NCBI GenBank assembly: GCA_051362555.1
Contig: CM120641.1
Coordinates: 38,880,401 to 38,944,400 of the forward strand
Source: Lingula anatina
Lineage: Eukaryota; Animalia; Brachiopoda
DNA: 64,000 nucleotides
Direction of reading: 5' to 3'
Shown here: positions 28,841 to 41,195 of the stretch, piece after piece
How positions within the stretch are numbered: the first letter of the stretch is position 1
How the letters are laid out: each line of letters starts with the position of its first letter
Position numbers and translations under genes: made by a program
Notes under the pieces: model-generated
The model's input: only the letters and a program-made list of their open reading frames with translations
Database searches by the model: none
What the model was told of the DNA's origin: nothing

Positions 28841-28975
28841 ATGAGTTTTAGTTACGATCAGTTTGCTCACTTTTTTATTGAGACGGATATAGACCACAGC
28901 GGCTCTTTGGACATCGGGGAGTTAATTAGTCGACTTAGAGCTGGTGGTTACAAGGGATCTCAGTTGCAAATCCAG
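28841..28975 (+). CDS. EF-hand coding first exon (alternative exon 1a of EF-hand gene A), 45 aa; not in the ORF track
   Basis: ATG...CAG|GTAAGC. Translates MSFSYDQFAHFFIETDIDHSGSLDIGELISRLRAGGYKGSQLQIQ, clearly paralogous to the exons at 33148 and 41196, with the same phase-0 donor. No matching exon 2 was seen before 33757. Confidence 0.85.
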
Positions 28976-31900
28976 GTAAGCACTTGAGTTACCTGTGCCA
29001 TCGAATTTCATACCTACTGTGGGTGGTTGTGTGATAACAGATCTATGTATTTCTGTGTGTTATCAATATATAGTAGTACCTGAATTACGTTGTATTTATT
29101 TTATCTGACTATCTGTGAAGTACCGGTGTCTACGTTCTATATGAACGATATAAGTAGACACACACACAGTGTTCATGTAGCTTGATGTTCAAATGTTCCT
29201 AAACAAAACCTTGCATCGGGTCAAAATGCTCCTATTGGTTTATGGTGAACGCCTAGTAAATGTTTTCTTGAACTTTACTGCCTGTAATGTATATGTGCAT
29301 GTTTTCACAGGCGTACGTGGTATGTGCATACAGGCACAGTAGTAAAAGTCTGAATGCCTTATTAATCGCGTCCGAACACGACGCCGTAATATTTTTGTGC
29401 AATACAGTTCTTAGTATATAATTTGCATAGATTATTACGCAATCAAGAGAGCCCCAGAAAAGACTAACACAACCACACAACCCGTTAAATTGAGTTGTTG
29501 GGCCTCTTTTTACCTGTGATGTACGGTGTATAACTGGACCTGCTGGGATGGGACCTTTTTATATTCATGACCTATATAAGACACGTTATCTAGCTTATTA
29601 CACATTACAAATAAGTTTGCCTAACAACATCACTATTTTTATCTTATGTGCAAAAAGTAGAAAAATATGAACATCCATGTATGGCAAGAACGCACGATTA
29701 TGGTCCTCATCATTATATTATTTGCATATAGATTACAGGCTTATATCCGCGAATTTGAAGTCTGGTAAAACATAATATTGATCCCTAACTCCACCGCCGA
29801 TTTTTATTTACCGAGCAGCGTGAAGGAAACAAATGATCAACCAGACAACACTTGGATGACATCGATATTGCAACTTTTGCTGTAATCTTGAGGTATTAAT
29901 TATAAAATTAAACATCAAACTTTTGCTTTAGGCCAATATGTTGTTTTGCAAACCTCAGCTGATGTCTTTAATGTTGTATCATCAAATGGAAATAAAAATG
30001 TGTGGTCACAACCAAAAGTACACTGTATTGTATGAGTAACAATGCCCAAGATCCATGGTAAAAAAACAAATAACTATTTCTCTTCAATTTACCAATGACT
30101 TTAGATTGATAATGAATGGGGTTGGTTAAGTTATGGGTTTGTGCCAATTAAAAACTACTTTCTCACTTTCTACAGTCGACAGGTAATGCCGTCATCTCAT
30201 TCAAATTTTTCTTCTAGAAAGTATCGTACTCAATATTTCGCACACATATCTGAACGCAACTAAATGGCTCAAAAGCAAAGAGTTATGTTATATAACCAAA
30301 TGACCAAACAGTCAAAATATAAGGTTATTTCTTTCTTTCTTTCTTTCTTTCATTCTTGATTTGTTTTCTCCACCTTTTAAAAGTCCTGTGTTCAGGCTGT
30401 TTGTGCAACCGTGCAGCATAACAAAACAGACGTATAAATCATGTTTCTTGTGTGCTTCATCCATCTTCTTAATCTACAGACCCCAGACCCGCAGAATCAC
30501 TTTAATGAATATTTTTTTCCTTTGAAGTGACGGGCGCTAACATGCTTCTTGCTCATTTGCTGGACAGCTACACCACCTTAAACAGTGGTCACCTCGGACG
30601 TCATTATCTAAATCAGGTTGTTCTTAATGAAGTCAGTAAGCTGCCATCTGAATATTAAAGAGTGCTGATATCATTTGTTTTACGCAGAATTTCGAAGTTA
30701 ATTAGATTAAAAGCTTTATATTCCCTTTAAAAATAGAAAGTGTTCCCCTTGGGTTTAACGCGAGTGAGAACCATTAAGACGCGCTCACCGATTAATGAGT
30801 CGTTTTTTCAAAAGTTAAAATCATTGAGTTGCCATAAATGATCTTTCTAATATATCAATGTCCTCTCAGAACACACCTTTGTCTTAGGAACATCATAAAT
30901 AGGTGGAGGCAATTACACTTGGTTTTGAGCCAGGATATTTTTGAGACAAAACCCCGAAGTACTTATAGCATGACCCCAAACGATTGTTCCGCTTTGCCGA
31001 GATAAACAATACTAAAAGCAGCGTGTTAAGTTTCATAACCTCTTCAGGGTACTACTTACAAATTGTAGGAAATCGACAATTCTTGCCCCTTTCTACAGCA
31101 TGACATTTGAACTGCCAATTCGTTTAAAACACACTGTGATCCTGAGGCTATTGGAGATCTTAAATACTCTGACCCACATGTAACGCCCTGCCACTGGGCG
31201 CCTCCTGGATATCAAGAAGGGAGGTCAAGAGTGTCGGAAGCGCCATCCCAACTCCCGCTGCGAAAAAAAATGAGAGAACGGTGCACTTTGAGGCAAATGG
31301 TAGAGTTGAGAACTTGAAAATTGCTTCTGTGAAGATCAGTGTGTGTCTTTCATCCAAGTTACGGGGTGAATTTTTAGCATGCCCAATCCCCCAACCAACC
31401 ATACTGTGAAGTACATGTATATATATATGTTCCTGAGCAACAAAGATTATAGTACGATGTTCTCTCAGCATGATTCCGCAAAATTAAACATTATTGCAAG
31501 ATAATTCAAAGACGGCGAGAAGAGCTTACAAGATAAGTAACATGTAGAAATTCAACGTTTATTAAAAGTGTAAAATCGCCGTGTGCATGTACTTACATCA
31601 AAAAGTAGGTTCAGTACTTATTGCATACATCAGCTTATGAGCCCAAGAGAATATACGATACGACAGCCTAATCTACATGTCTATTGATTTTTCATTTCAG
31701 TTTTGTGAATACTTAGTTTTTAAAGTTTCCTGTAAAGATATTACGTTTTTGTCTAGTGTAAAGCTGTTAAAAAAGCTTGATTAACTTTTAGTAGCTAGTT
31801 TATCGGTTAAACGAGCAAGTTTATCTGTTAGTTAATTGCAAGACCTGTTTATGCACAGTTTAACTCTCTAATGTGTGATTTATATTTCATTTAAACAAAA

Positions 31901-33147
31901 AGAAAATAATAAGATATAAAAAAATGCAGTCCGTTGCGTTAACCCGATTAGGATAAGTTTACCTTCGGCGTTTGCACCTCGTTTCTCTGCCTGAAATATC
32001 CAATAAACTTAATTACACTGTGTTTTTGGCCACAAGGAATTCTCACCATGACAATTGTTACACTTAGAAATGCTATTATATCATTAATTGGGATCATCTA
32101 CCCCAAAGAACTCGGTGTATATGCACGAAATTGCTTAAGGCCATGCCGATTTAACTATCTGGAGTACTTATTGTGGGAAAAACAGACCCAAATAATTTGT
32201 TACTAATAGCATCGCGAGAATATCCCGAATTTTAGGCAGGTTAAACTGCAGCCCCAAACAAATCTGAAGGGTTTTACTATACATTTTAGGGAGCCCCACA
32301 TAAATTTACGATATAATATATACATAAAAAAGTCACTCCTCTTAAGACTGTTATCTCACTTCCAGTACTTGGAGTCCTATTCTGCTACTCTCCCCATCAA
32401 CGTGGTGTAGAAAAATGGACATCCCCGAAGAGTTTGTTGGACAAGTTACAAGAATCATGTACTGTCTGCTATTTACGGAATTCTTCTTAAGTACCCTTTA
32501 TACTGCATAGCTCAAGTAACAAGTGATCTATAAATTGCCGAGAAGAGAGAGATAGATAGAGAAAGAGAGAGCCATATAGCCTATACCCATTCCACCACCC
32601 TTCACTTTGAGGTGTGTGAACAAATACCTGGATGAAAACCGAAGTGTTGGTGAACAAATGAATTTAACACTGAATGTATGTATTAATTATGCCAAGATTG
32701 TAGAACATTGTGTTATGGTTCCCAAAAAATATAATAAAACCCTTCAGACTTGTTCTTCGAAGCGCTAACTTTCATTTGCTCTTCGGTGAAGTGATAAATA
32801 AATGAATGGGAGAAGGAGAGAGACAACTGGTCATTCTCTCAAAGAAACGACTTTATAAACAATATGAATTCAACGTATAGTAAAAAAGAATTATCAGGTA
32901 AGGCGCCTAAAAACAAGTCATTTCAACATAAAATTCTTATGAGTCATGTAGCCCCGCCCACACCAGTAAATGCATCAGTTGTGCGCTAAAGGACAGTTAA
33001 CATTAACCTACACAATTCCCTTTTCTCGCTGGCATAATATAGGTCAGGCTGGAGTTTTACCGAGTCCAGCTTTCCTATCGTATTTCACCCTTTCCGAGGG
33101 ATTAGCCAGTATAAACAGTAAATAGACCGGTAGAATAAAGTACCAAG

Positions 33148-36100
33148 ATGAGTTACGAAAAGTTCGAGGGATTTTTCTTCGAAGCCGATGAGGATAAAAG
33201 CGGACAAATTGATATCGATGAGCTCATTAAGCGTCTCAGACGAGGTGGCTATAAGGGAACAACTGAGCAAATTAAGGTAAGAGTAAACACGTTTGGAATA
33301 TTTCCAGTAGACCATATACGCATAGCGTCTACACAGTCTAGCACACCCCTCTAAAGAAAATCTGCGCGTGTCATTTGTTTGTTTGCTTGAATGACTATCT
33401 TGCATTAAGATTAATCCTTAAAATACATGCGCGCCATATTTAACCACGTGGCCGTCGTCTGCGCATAGCGTCCAGTGGCAGTATAATAATGTGTAGACAT
33501 AGGCAATATGTTGAAAACTGCAATGAATGCAATTTCTCTTCTTTGGTGTGATGTTTTGTAGCGATTATACTAGTAAGTTGAGATCAAATCTATAATCACG
33601 ATTTATCCGTCTTCATTAAGTGACTTCTATCAAAAGGACGATATCTCTACCAGTCGGCTTTTAAGTCTATGGGCCTATTTTAACCCACGTCTCATTACCA
33701 TATATTATGTGAAGAATGGCTGCCTGGTATATTGTGTATATGATTTACCTTTGTAGAGAGCGTTTGGAGAGGCGGACACCTCTGGGGATGGCTTGATATC
33801 TTTTGAAGAGTACATGACTGCCATGGGCTTTAAGCTCAAGCTAAAACACAAGTAAGTTATTTACCCCGATTCTCTGACAAATAAACAGTTCTCTTTTAGC
33901 AGAAAAGACAAACGTCAATAAAACGAGAATTATAACAATATATAAAGGAAATAATTTATTATGAAGTAATTCTGTTTTAAAATATATTTTGAACTTAATA
34001 AGCACTCTGGGCATATGGTTTTACCATTTATGGTAGCATGAGAGAGTAGTGTGGTATGGTAGGTTTTAATAATTGATGCCCATATTTAAATTGAATCGAG
34101 GGAAGGAGGGAAATGACTGCCCCCCCCCTACTCCAGACGCCCCCCCCCCCCCCCCCAACCTCGCGGGTCAATCTCCACGCGCGTTCTTCGTACACCTCCA
34201 CTTCTACATACTGCTGTACTTGCAGTAGCAGATTTATTTCACTTTGTGCTGCAAAATATAGCACGAACATTTGTACCGAGCAATCGATCACATTAATGTG
34301 TATTGGCCATCCCGCAGTCGTTGTAGCATAAGCAGATAAATTATATGAACTGAAAATAGCACAAAAATGCTGAGAAAACAATATGATAGACAGCCATATT
34401 GTGGTAGCTATTCTCGCACCCGCTAACATGTGTGCGTGGGTTTTGTGGCCTGGCCTGGGTCCGCGTCGGTTTGGTTTCCCTCCCGTATTTGAAAACGTGT
34501 ATTTTGTCATACGAGTAGGAGCAGACGATTTTAAGTTTGATAAGGCAGTGTTGTTTTTATAGCGAAGAAGTAATAGTTTCGTTATCTGTTGATAGGCGAT
34601 CTCCGACTTGTTCTTTTGCGCTTTGCATTATATGTGCAATTATATTGTCTTTTTATCGTGTTTGTGTTACTTTTTTGACCCAGCGGACGCATCGTCAAGG
34701 CCATTGATTGGCTGCCCGGCGACAATAAGATCTGTTACAGTTCACGGTTGCTACACGCAGACATGGCGATTTTGTGAAATTGAAGACTCGTTACTCTTTG
34801 TTCAGCGGAGTGATAAATATGCCAAAGTGTTGGTTATCTAACTATCTCGTGAGAGGGGGCGTTAGCTGAGGTACAGTGTAGTGGCAACAAGACTGCTGTG
34901 ATATCTTAATACCGCAGATTGATTTAGAGGACCATTATTATCCACGTCTTTAATTGAGAAGCTTTAATTCTCGCCGACGCTTGTTGACAGTATAGCTTGA
35001 CATACATGTACCGGACCGTACAAATAGAGCCTATCTTAAAGACACGATAACTGACAGTACACGTGTTTGAAAATCATTTTCTTACTGTCATGGATTGGTG
35101 ACCGTCCTGGCGTTTGCGTGTAGTTAAAGTAACCAGTGTAAGAACGTATTATTAGCACTTATATCTGGTATTTAGACACCCAATATGTATTCAGGATCGG
35201 CCTTCGGGTATTCTCGTAGTGTACCTGTTATTTTAAAATTTACCACACACGTTCTTCTGTGTACTTTCCATGGTGATTATTATATATGTCTTTCTTCATA
35301 ACGCAATTTTCGTTTGAGCTCATCTGAGACTACCTCTTCGTTATCTGCTAATGTATCCGTTGATTAACTTACGTATATTGCCCAATGTCTTTAGAGAAAC
35401 ATATTGCTTTACCGTTATGTACATGTACATTGTACCTGTAGCCTACATGCGGTACCCTTCCGCCAATTTACCTTCTCAGCGGTGTTATTATGTTAGAGCT
35501 TCCAGTTTGAGTTTTTAACCCCCCATTTCGATTAAAACTATTTATCAGTCCACGGATGTACCCTGCCTCGCATTAGTGGAATCGATTGATTTAAATGTTA
35601 TAGTTTTAATTGAACAAGTATTGTCACACTGTTGAAACCCACATTGTTGTACACATGTAACACTGACATCCATTTTAACCGAAGATTGAATTATATCTTT
35701 GCAATGTCTTACATGCACCATGGTCGTTACAAGTACCACTGCAAATGCTGTTATATTGCATTGGTGTAAGTTTATAACGTATATTTCAGAGGAGTAGCTC
35801 TGTGGAGATGTCTTGATGAGTTCGACAAAGAGAGAAACTGGCAGATAGAGTACCAGTCGCTTCCTGGCATCTTCTTCACCAGCGTGAAGAAGTACTTCAC
35901 CCACGATGAAATGGAAAAAATGATCGAAGTCGGAGACAAAGTGAAGAATAGATCCAACATGATAGATATGGCCGAATACCTTAGAGAGGTAAGTATGTGT
36001 GTAATTTTGTAATTTTGAATATGCTTTTTTACAAAACACCTTGCAATTCGTTTGCTGTGATAGCTCTTAAGGGTGGATTAATCTGATATGGTTCTATTTG

Positions 36101-36390
36101 ACCCTTTGTTTTTTTTTCTTTTTATCACTTTTAGCTCAAGGTCTCTTAAACATAATGCACGAAATTCACTTTGTCATGATATCCGTTTCAGTTGGCCAAA
36201 CTTAAAATAATTGAACTGGACGACATTCCTTTCCCCCAAGCAGAAGTGATGGAGGTAGTTACCAGTGCTACCACTGCTGGAGTTGGAGCTGCCCCAAGCA
36301 GAAAACCTGCCGCTAAACCTGCTGCAAAACCTTCCTCCAAACCCAAGAAGAAGGGCTCTGGTCCTACGGAGTCGGCTGCTGCTAGAGCCG
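33148..36390 (+). CDS. Calmodulin-like EF-hand Ca2+-binding protein A; join(33148..33276,33757..33851,35790..35988,36192..36390), then either read-through to a stop at 36440 or splicing into RPL28 exon 2
   Basis: EF loops DEDKSGQIDIDE and DTSGDGLISFEE. Exon 3 (GVALWRCLDEFDKERNWQIEY...MIDMAEYLRE) is a degenerate C-lobe. Exon 4 is Ala/Lys/Pro-rich and ends GCC G|GTAAAG. All introns are GT-AG with phases 0,2,0. Confidence 0.88.
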
Positions 36391-36495
36391 GTAAAGATTT
36401 CATAAAAGTGTTTAATTATTTACACCTGTTGCTCGACTGAGGTTATTTGTGTGTTTACTAAAAATGCAGTAGGAAATTGTTAAAGGAAAAAGTAG

Positions 36496-36571
36496 TCCTC
36501 TTTCGTTACTGCACTTGCGGCTTTAAAGGAAAGAAACCATTCCTGCTGCAGGTTTTCGCAATTTGACTCAG
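36496..36571 (+). promoter_or_regulatory. RPL28: TCT/5'TOP pyrimidine start and non-coding first exon of RPL28
   Basis: tcctctttc at 36496-36504 matches the TCT initiator typical of ribosomal-protein genes. Donor CAG|GTGCGT at 36571/36572 and acceptor cttctttcag| at 36843. Confidence 0.65.
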
Positions 36572-36851
36572 GTGCGTTAGAATTATCTTGACAACGTTAG
36601 AAATATGCGCCAGAAAAGAGAACTGTCAATAACAACTGGTGTGTTAACCTCATGTATACTCAGGGTTTCCATGTAACGATATTTTGAAGTAATCACCGTG
36701 TTTCCTACACCTGTTGTAGATTTGGGGACAAAAGGCAGAACAGACGAAATTTGACACTGCCGCGTACATCTTTTGATAGAACAAAATGACGTAGGCCTTC
36801 TATTTGATGCACATGACATTTATTAGACCGCATCTTCTTTCAGCCAATAAT

Positions 36852-37660
36852 ATGTCATCGCATGCGGCATGGTTAGTGATAAGGAACAATTCCAGTTTCC
36901 TTATCAAAAGAAATGGCGCCAGTTTCACCAGAGTAAGTAACCACCGCTCTCAACGTGTAGTCACGTGGTCACCTGGTCCACCAATGCGGTTAAAAACGGG
37001 TTTGTCGGGAATAGCCCATAGACTGCCTCGTGCTCAGGGTCGTTTGGATTACATATGATTTAATGAGATAGATATGTTGAATATTGTGCAATGAAACCCA
37101 TATCTAACTCATAGATTGACTTAGATACTTTATGAACAATAAAACTAGATAATATAAGTTAGGAAATAAAATACCAATATAGATGATATTGGTGTGCTAC
37201 AATTTCTCCTCAGGATTAATGGCATTTTAATATGTGACATTAATAGTTGTGCTGCACTGCATGTCAGAGTTACTTGGCAGTAAAATGAAGATGAAAGTTC
37301 TCACTTCAGAATACAGAAAGGGACGCGTTATGTAATGCGAAATGTCTTTCAGGAACCCAATAACTTGAAGAACCGAAACTCGTTCCGATACAATGGGTTG
37401 ATCCACAGGCAGACTGTCGGTGTGGAACCCGCTAAGGACGGCAAAGGAATGGTGCTTCTCACGAAAAATAGCAAAGGTATGCAACAATGAATACTGATTT
37501 AGTCCGTTCCACTGACTTCCAACACTCGGCTTCTATATCACCATTAAAATAAGTCTTATGTAGTCAACTGTCTTATGTAGTCAACTGTCTTATGTAGTCA
37601 ACTTATCATGTAGAAGAGTGGAGCTGATAGAGGCAATGCTTGGTCGTTCATTTTCAAAAG

Positions 37661-37701
<41 letters not shown>

Positions 37702-39069
37702 GATGAAATTGTGATTGCTCATGTTTTGCAGTTTCATATTATTCAAGGTTTCACAATTGCTTTTTTTAAAACTTAAATTACAGTATTTGTATTGAAATGG
37801 AAGTACACTTTATTATGATGGTAATTTGTAAAACGAATCCTTTTCTTTATGTTTTGCAAAGGGCTGGCAATGAACATAATGACAGTAACCTTTTAACATC
37901 AATGCAGGTTTCCAAAAGCCCTCGAAGAGCTTTAATCGCGTGGAATTGAAGAAAGGGGCCAGACGTACGATGAATACAATCAGGAAGACACTCAGCGGAG
38001 GCAGATACCGCAAAGAGCTAACAATGGTACGTAAAATACCCATTTAGATGCTGAGGCGGATCCAGAGATATTTTTGACAGTCTTCCAAATTATCCTTGTT
38101 GATCCATCCTCCATTTTTGACCGTCTTCCGAACAAAAAATTAAGATACCATCAATATAAACTTGAAAAATTCTGACCGTCTTCCGGAAGACCCAGAAGAC
38201 GGCCTCCTTCCGCCCTTGAGTCAGGATACAAATATCGAAACGCGAACTTCCGTATCATCGACTCTGGATTACTGTTTCATCGAATCTAATAAAATTAATG
38301 TTCCACTTAAATTACAAAAACGCGTTCCTAGTTTTCTAGTTACTGATTTCCCGTTTGTCCCAGCCTGGTCTGGCATTTTGTGGATATGACATATTCCATT
38401 GTTGTTCCCGCACATTATACAGGCCATTCCATTCATTTTAAAATATTTAAGCTAATCATACTACATTGCAATGAATGTCCGGGTCTTTTGAAATAAACAT
38501 GCATTACAGTTAGAAATATTAAACATTTATGTTTATTATACGGTCTGTGTGTAATATACACATACATCGATTATTTGTAATATAGCGGTGCATTGTACCC
38601 AGAGCAGCCTTATTTAACATTCATGTCACCCTATTAACAAACAGGACAGGATCATGAGAAGATGTTACACCACAGAACCACTTGATGGCTGCTCATATAC
38701 ATGCACATAATTTTTGCATGTGCATGTTGAGCAATGTTTTTATTGGTTATTAGATAAGAATACAGTACAAACAGCAGTATTAATATTAGCAAAGCAAATT
38801 TATTTAATTAATGTCATTGGAGAATCATATATTCATCATTGTGAGGAAAATGGCGCTTCACTTTTTGCTTATCTTTATTGCTGAACAACAGCTCCTTTTC
38901 ACGCGTAGTTTCTTACATATATTTCAACTATCTACATGGTACATATCTCATATTTTCAGTATGCTCTCATATTGGTTTATTGTTTCAGGATGCAATGCGA
39001 CGCGCCAGCGCTATTTTGAAAAGCCAGCAACCACGGGTCACCAAGCAGACGAGACAAAAGAAAAAGTAA
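36852..39069 (+). CDS. RPL28: 60S ribosomal protein eL28, 134 aa; join(36852..36932,37353..37476,37908..38026,38989..39069)
   Basis: [22 protein letters not shown]...[32 protein letters not shown]...RYRKELTM|[13 protein letters not shown] matches the eL28 consensus. GT-AG introns; AATAAA at 39201. Confidence 0.96.
37553..37603. repeat. Three copies of a 17-bp tandem repeat (gtcttatgtagtcaact) in RPL28 intron
   Basis: Read directly from the sequence. Confidence 0.9.
37661..37700. repeat. (AAT)n microsatellite
   Basis: Read directly from the sequence. Confidence 0.9.
38053..38215. mobile_element. Possible small MITE in RPL28 last intron
   Basis: Begins gaggcggatccag and ends ttccgccc, with an internal repeated gac(a/c)gtcttcc motif three times. 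The termini are degenerate. Confidence 0.3.
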
Positions 39070-39355
39070 AACCACGTGACAGCACTTGCCGATAGCCTAC
39101 TTGGAAGCACCTGCCTTGCAGATTCTCAGTACAACAATGAAGTGAAAATATGAAACTGTCTTGTGTATTTTAAATGACAACTAAGAGAATAAGAAAAAGA
39201 AATAAAGAAAAGTAAAACAAAGGAATCATTTTCATATATTTGAAATAAAACTTTAACCCTTGGATAACTTAACTGACTGTAGGAAGGTTAACGAGTATTT
39301 TGCGTGACAGCAAACCCGTCGTTAAATATTTATTGCAACAATTTATTTTAAATTG

Positions 39356-39401
39356 ACCATGGGACTAAAATAACTTTTTGAATTTGGTTAACGCCAGAAC
39401 T

Positions 39402-39454
<53 letters not shown>

Positions 39455-39463
39455 CAGATGCAT
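39356..39463. mobile_element. Interspersed repeat copy interrupted by a poly(T) insertion with a 6-bp target-site duplication
   Basis: gccaga (39393-39398) + actag + T-run (39404-39452) + gccaga (39453-39458). An uninterrupted copy accatgggactaaaataactatttgaatttggttaacgccaggtgcat lies at 42812-42859. Confidence 0.65.
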
Positions 39464-41026
39464 TTCGTCTGATAGCTAATTGTAGTTCACAGTTGAGGCG
39501 TGGTTGCTGACAATTCTAAACTAAATATGCAATCATGGCCACAGCTGCATATGCAAATCCTTACTTTGGGGTGTGTCGCTTATATAACTATGGCGTAATT
39601 TTAACACATGGCGAAATGCTGTTTCGAGAAACGAATGTCACGTCTGTAGGATGCATCTCGCCTTATCGTAATGCCTGCCTGGTAGAATCAACACGGAACG
39701 AATGGAAGAAAAGTGGATGGGAAATAGCATGCCATTTACAGCTGTAGACTTAACAGTAAGTGGCAAAATTGCTTGCGAGGAATCGTTCATGATATCACAT
39801 CTTCCTCGCGTATTTGTTGATAAAGCCTTTCAAATACATTGTCGCAGCCGAGTCTCTCCACTAAGAGCGCTGCATTTTAAGTTTGGACATCGGCGTGTCC
39901 GACTGATGTCAGTTGCTATCTCTCGCGGATAAGACACCTATCTGACCACGTATTTTGATGTTTGATAAGCCCAATTTAAAGTTCTTTTTACATGTATACC
40001 GAATGCTTAGTCAGTGTTACTGCGTTTAGTTTGATAGAGAACAAGGTATTGCCCACCAACAAGTCTTCTTTGACCGTGGTACATGTAAGGCCTATAAGCC
40101 TTAGATCGCAAAGAAACATAACTTGTCCATTAATCCCGATAATACCGTATTATTAATGTTCGCGATATTATTTTGTAATTTTGTAAGAAGTTTTAAATAA
40201 AAATGAAAAAAAAAACTAATATCCATACCTTACGTGGATGAAAACATTGTCAATAACGTGCTCCAGATACATGTAAGATTAAATTTTGAAATGTGTATGA
40301 TGTCATGCCGTTAACTAATTGATGGACGCCCACTCCACGATTTACAAAGCACTTTACGTCAGATATATCTTAAACTGTCTAACAGACAGACACAGCTATA
40401 TAGGCTTAAACTGGATGAATAGCAGAATGCTATTTTTATGTACAAAATTCTTTTTTTTAGTTAAATAATGTTGTTGCAAAAAACTATCGGCAAAATAGTT
40501 CTAACAATTGTAAAATAGTGACAAACTTCTGAACACAAGATTGTTTGGGGGAGACATTAAAATAATAGTGAAAAAAAGCAGTTCACTCGGAATCACTGTA
40601 GTCTATATCCCATTCTGCCCATGACCATGTCATGTCAAAGCAAGTAAAAACTTGGCACTAGTTGTAGGAGTAAGCCCAGTAGATGGAAGGATATTTTTAC
40701 ACCTGTACGCATATCGTATACGGTATATAATCAGATGGAACATTATTTACAGTGTGTCGCTCCCAGCCTGTCGCCGAAGGCTGGGAAGACCATCTAACAC
40801 GCATGCTTAAAAAATGGTGACCTTATCACTTCCCGAGTCAACTATTTTACGCATACTACTACATTGATAGAATAATGTCAGATTTACCGCGCTCCACAGT
40901 CATTTGTCATTCTGAATAACCACCCACATCAATGCTTCATACCATAACCCTTATAAAACTGAGGCCTGAAATTAACATCTAGGTCATACTTTAGTTCATG
41001 CTGCACTGAGAAACAGGTTTGTTGGA

Positions 41027-41034
41027 CATAAATA
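41027..41034 (+). promoter_or_regulatory. TATA-like box (CATAAATA) upstream of EF-hand gene B
   Basis: Lies ~170 nt upstream of ATG 41196. Support is positional only. Confidence 0.35.
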
Positions 41035-41195
41035 CCGGGCTACATTCAACCGTGTCACCGCGGAAGAGACCGATTTGTCCTTGGCAGAGTAGGGCAGCGA
41101 AAGAAGAAGCCGGCGAGGTTGTTGGAAGAAAGGGAATAAGTTTTAACCAGGGGGAATAAAACGTTTTGGATTTTCTGTCAGTAAAACGTGGCAAA

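Noticed and set aside
31147-31317. GC-richer segment between EF-hand exons 1a and 1b, checked as a possible exon 2
   Set aside because: No EF-hand similarity in any frame and weak splice sites.
37553-37603. Short regular repeats considered as a CRISPR-like array
   Set aside because: The repeats are head-to-tail with no spacers, there are no cas genes, and the context is a eukaryotic intron.
38580-38712. Possible H/ACA snoRNA in the last RPL28 intron (ACAGGA hinge, terminal ACA, atgag/ctcat pairing)
   Set aside because: The upper stems cannot be built convincingly by eye and the boxes are too short to be significant in AT-rich DNA; it needs snoReport or Infernal.
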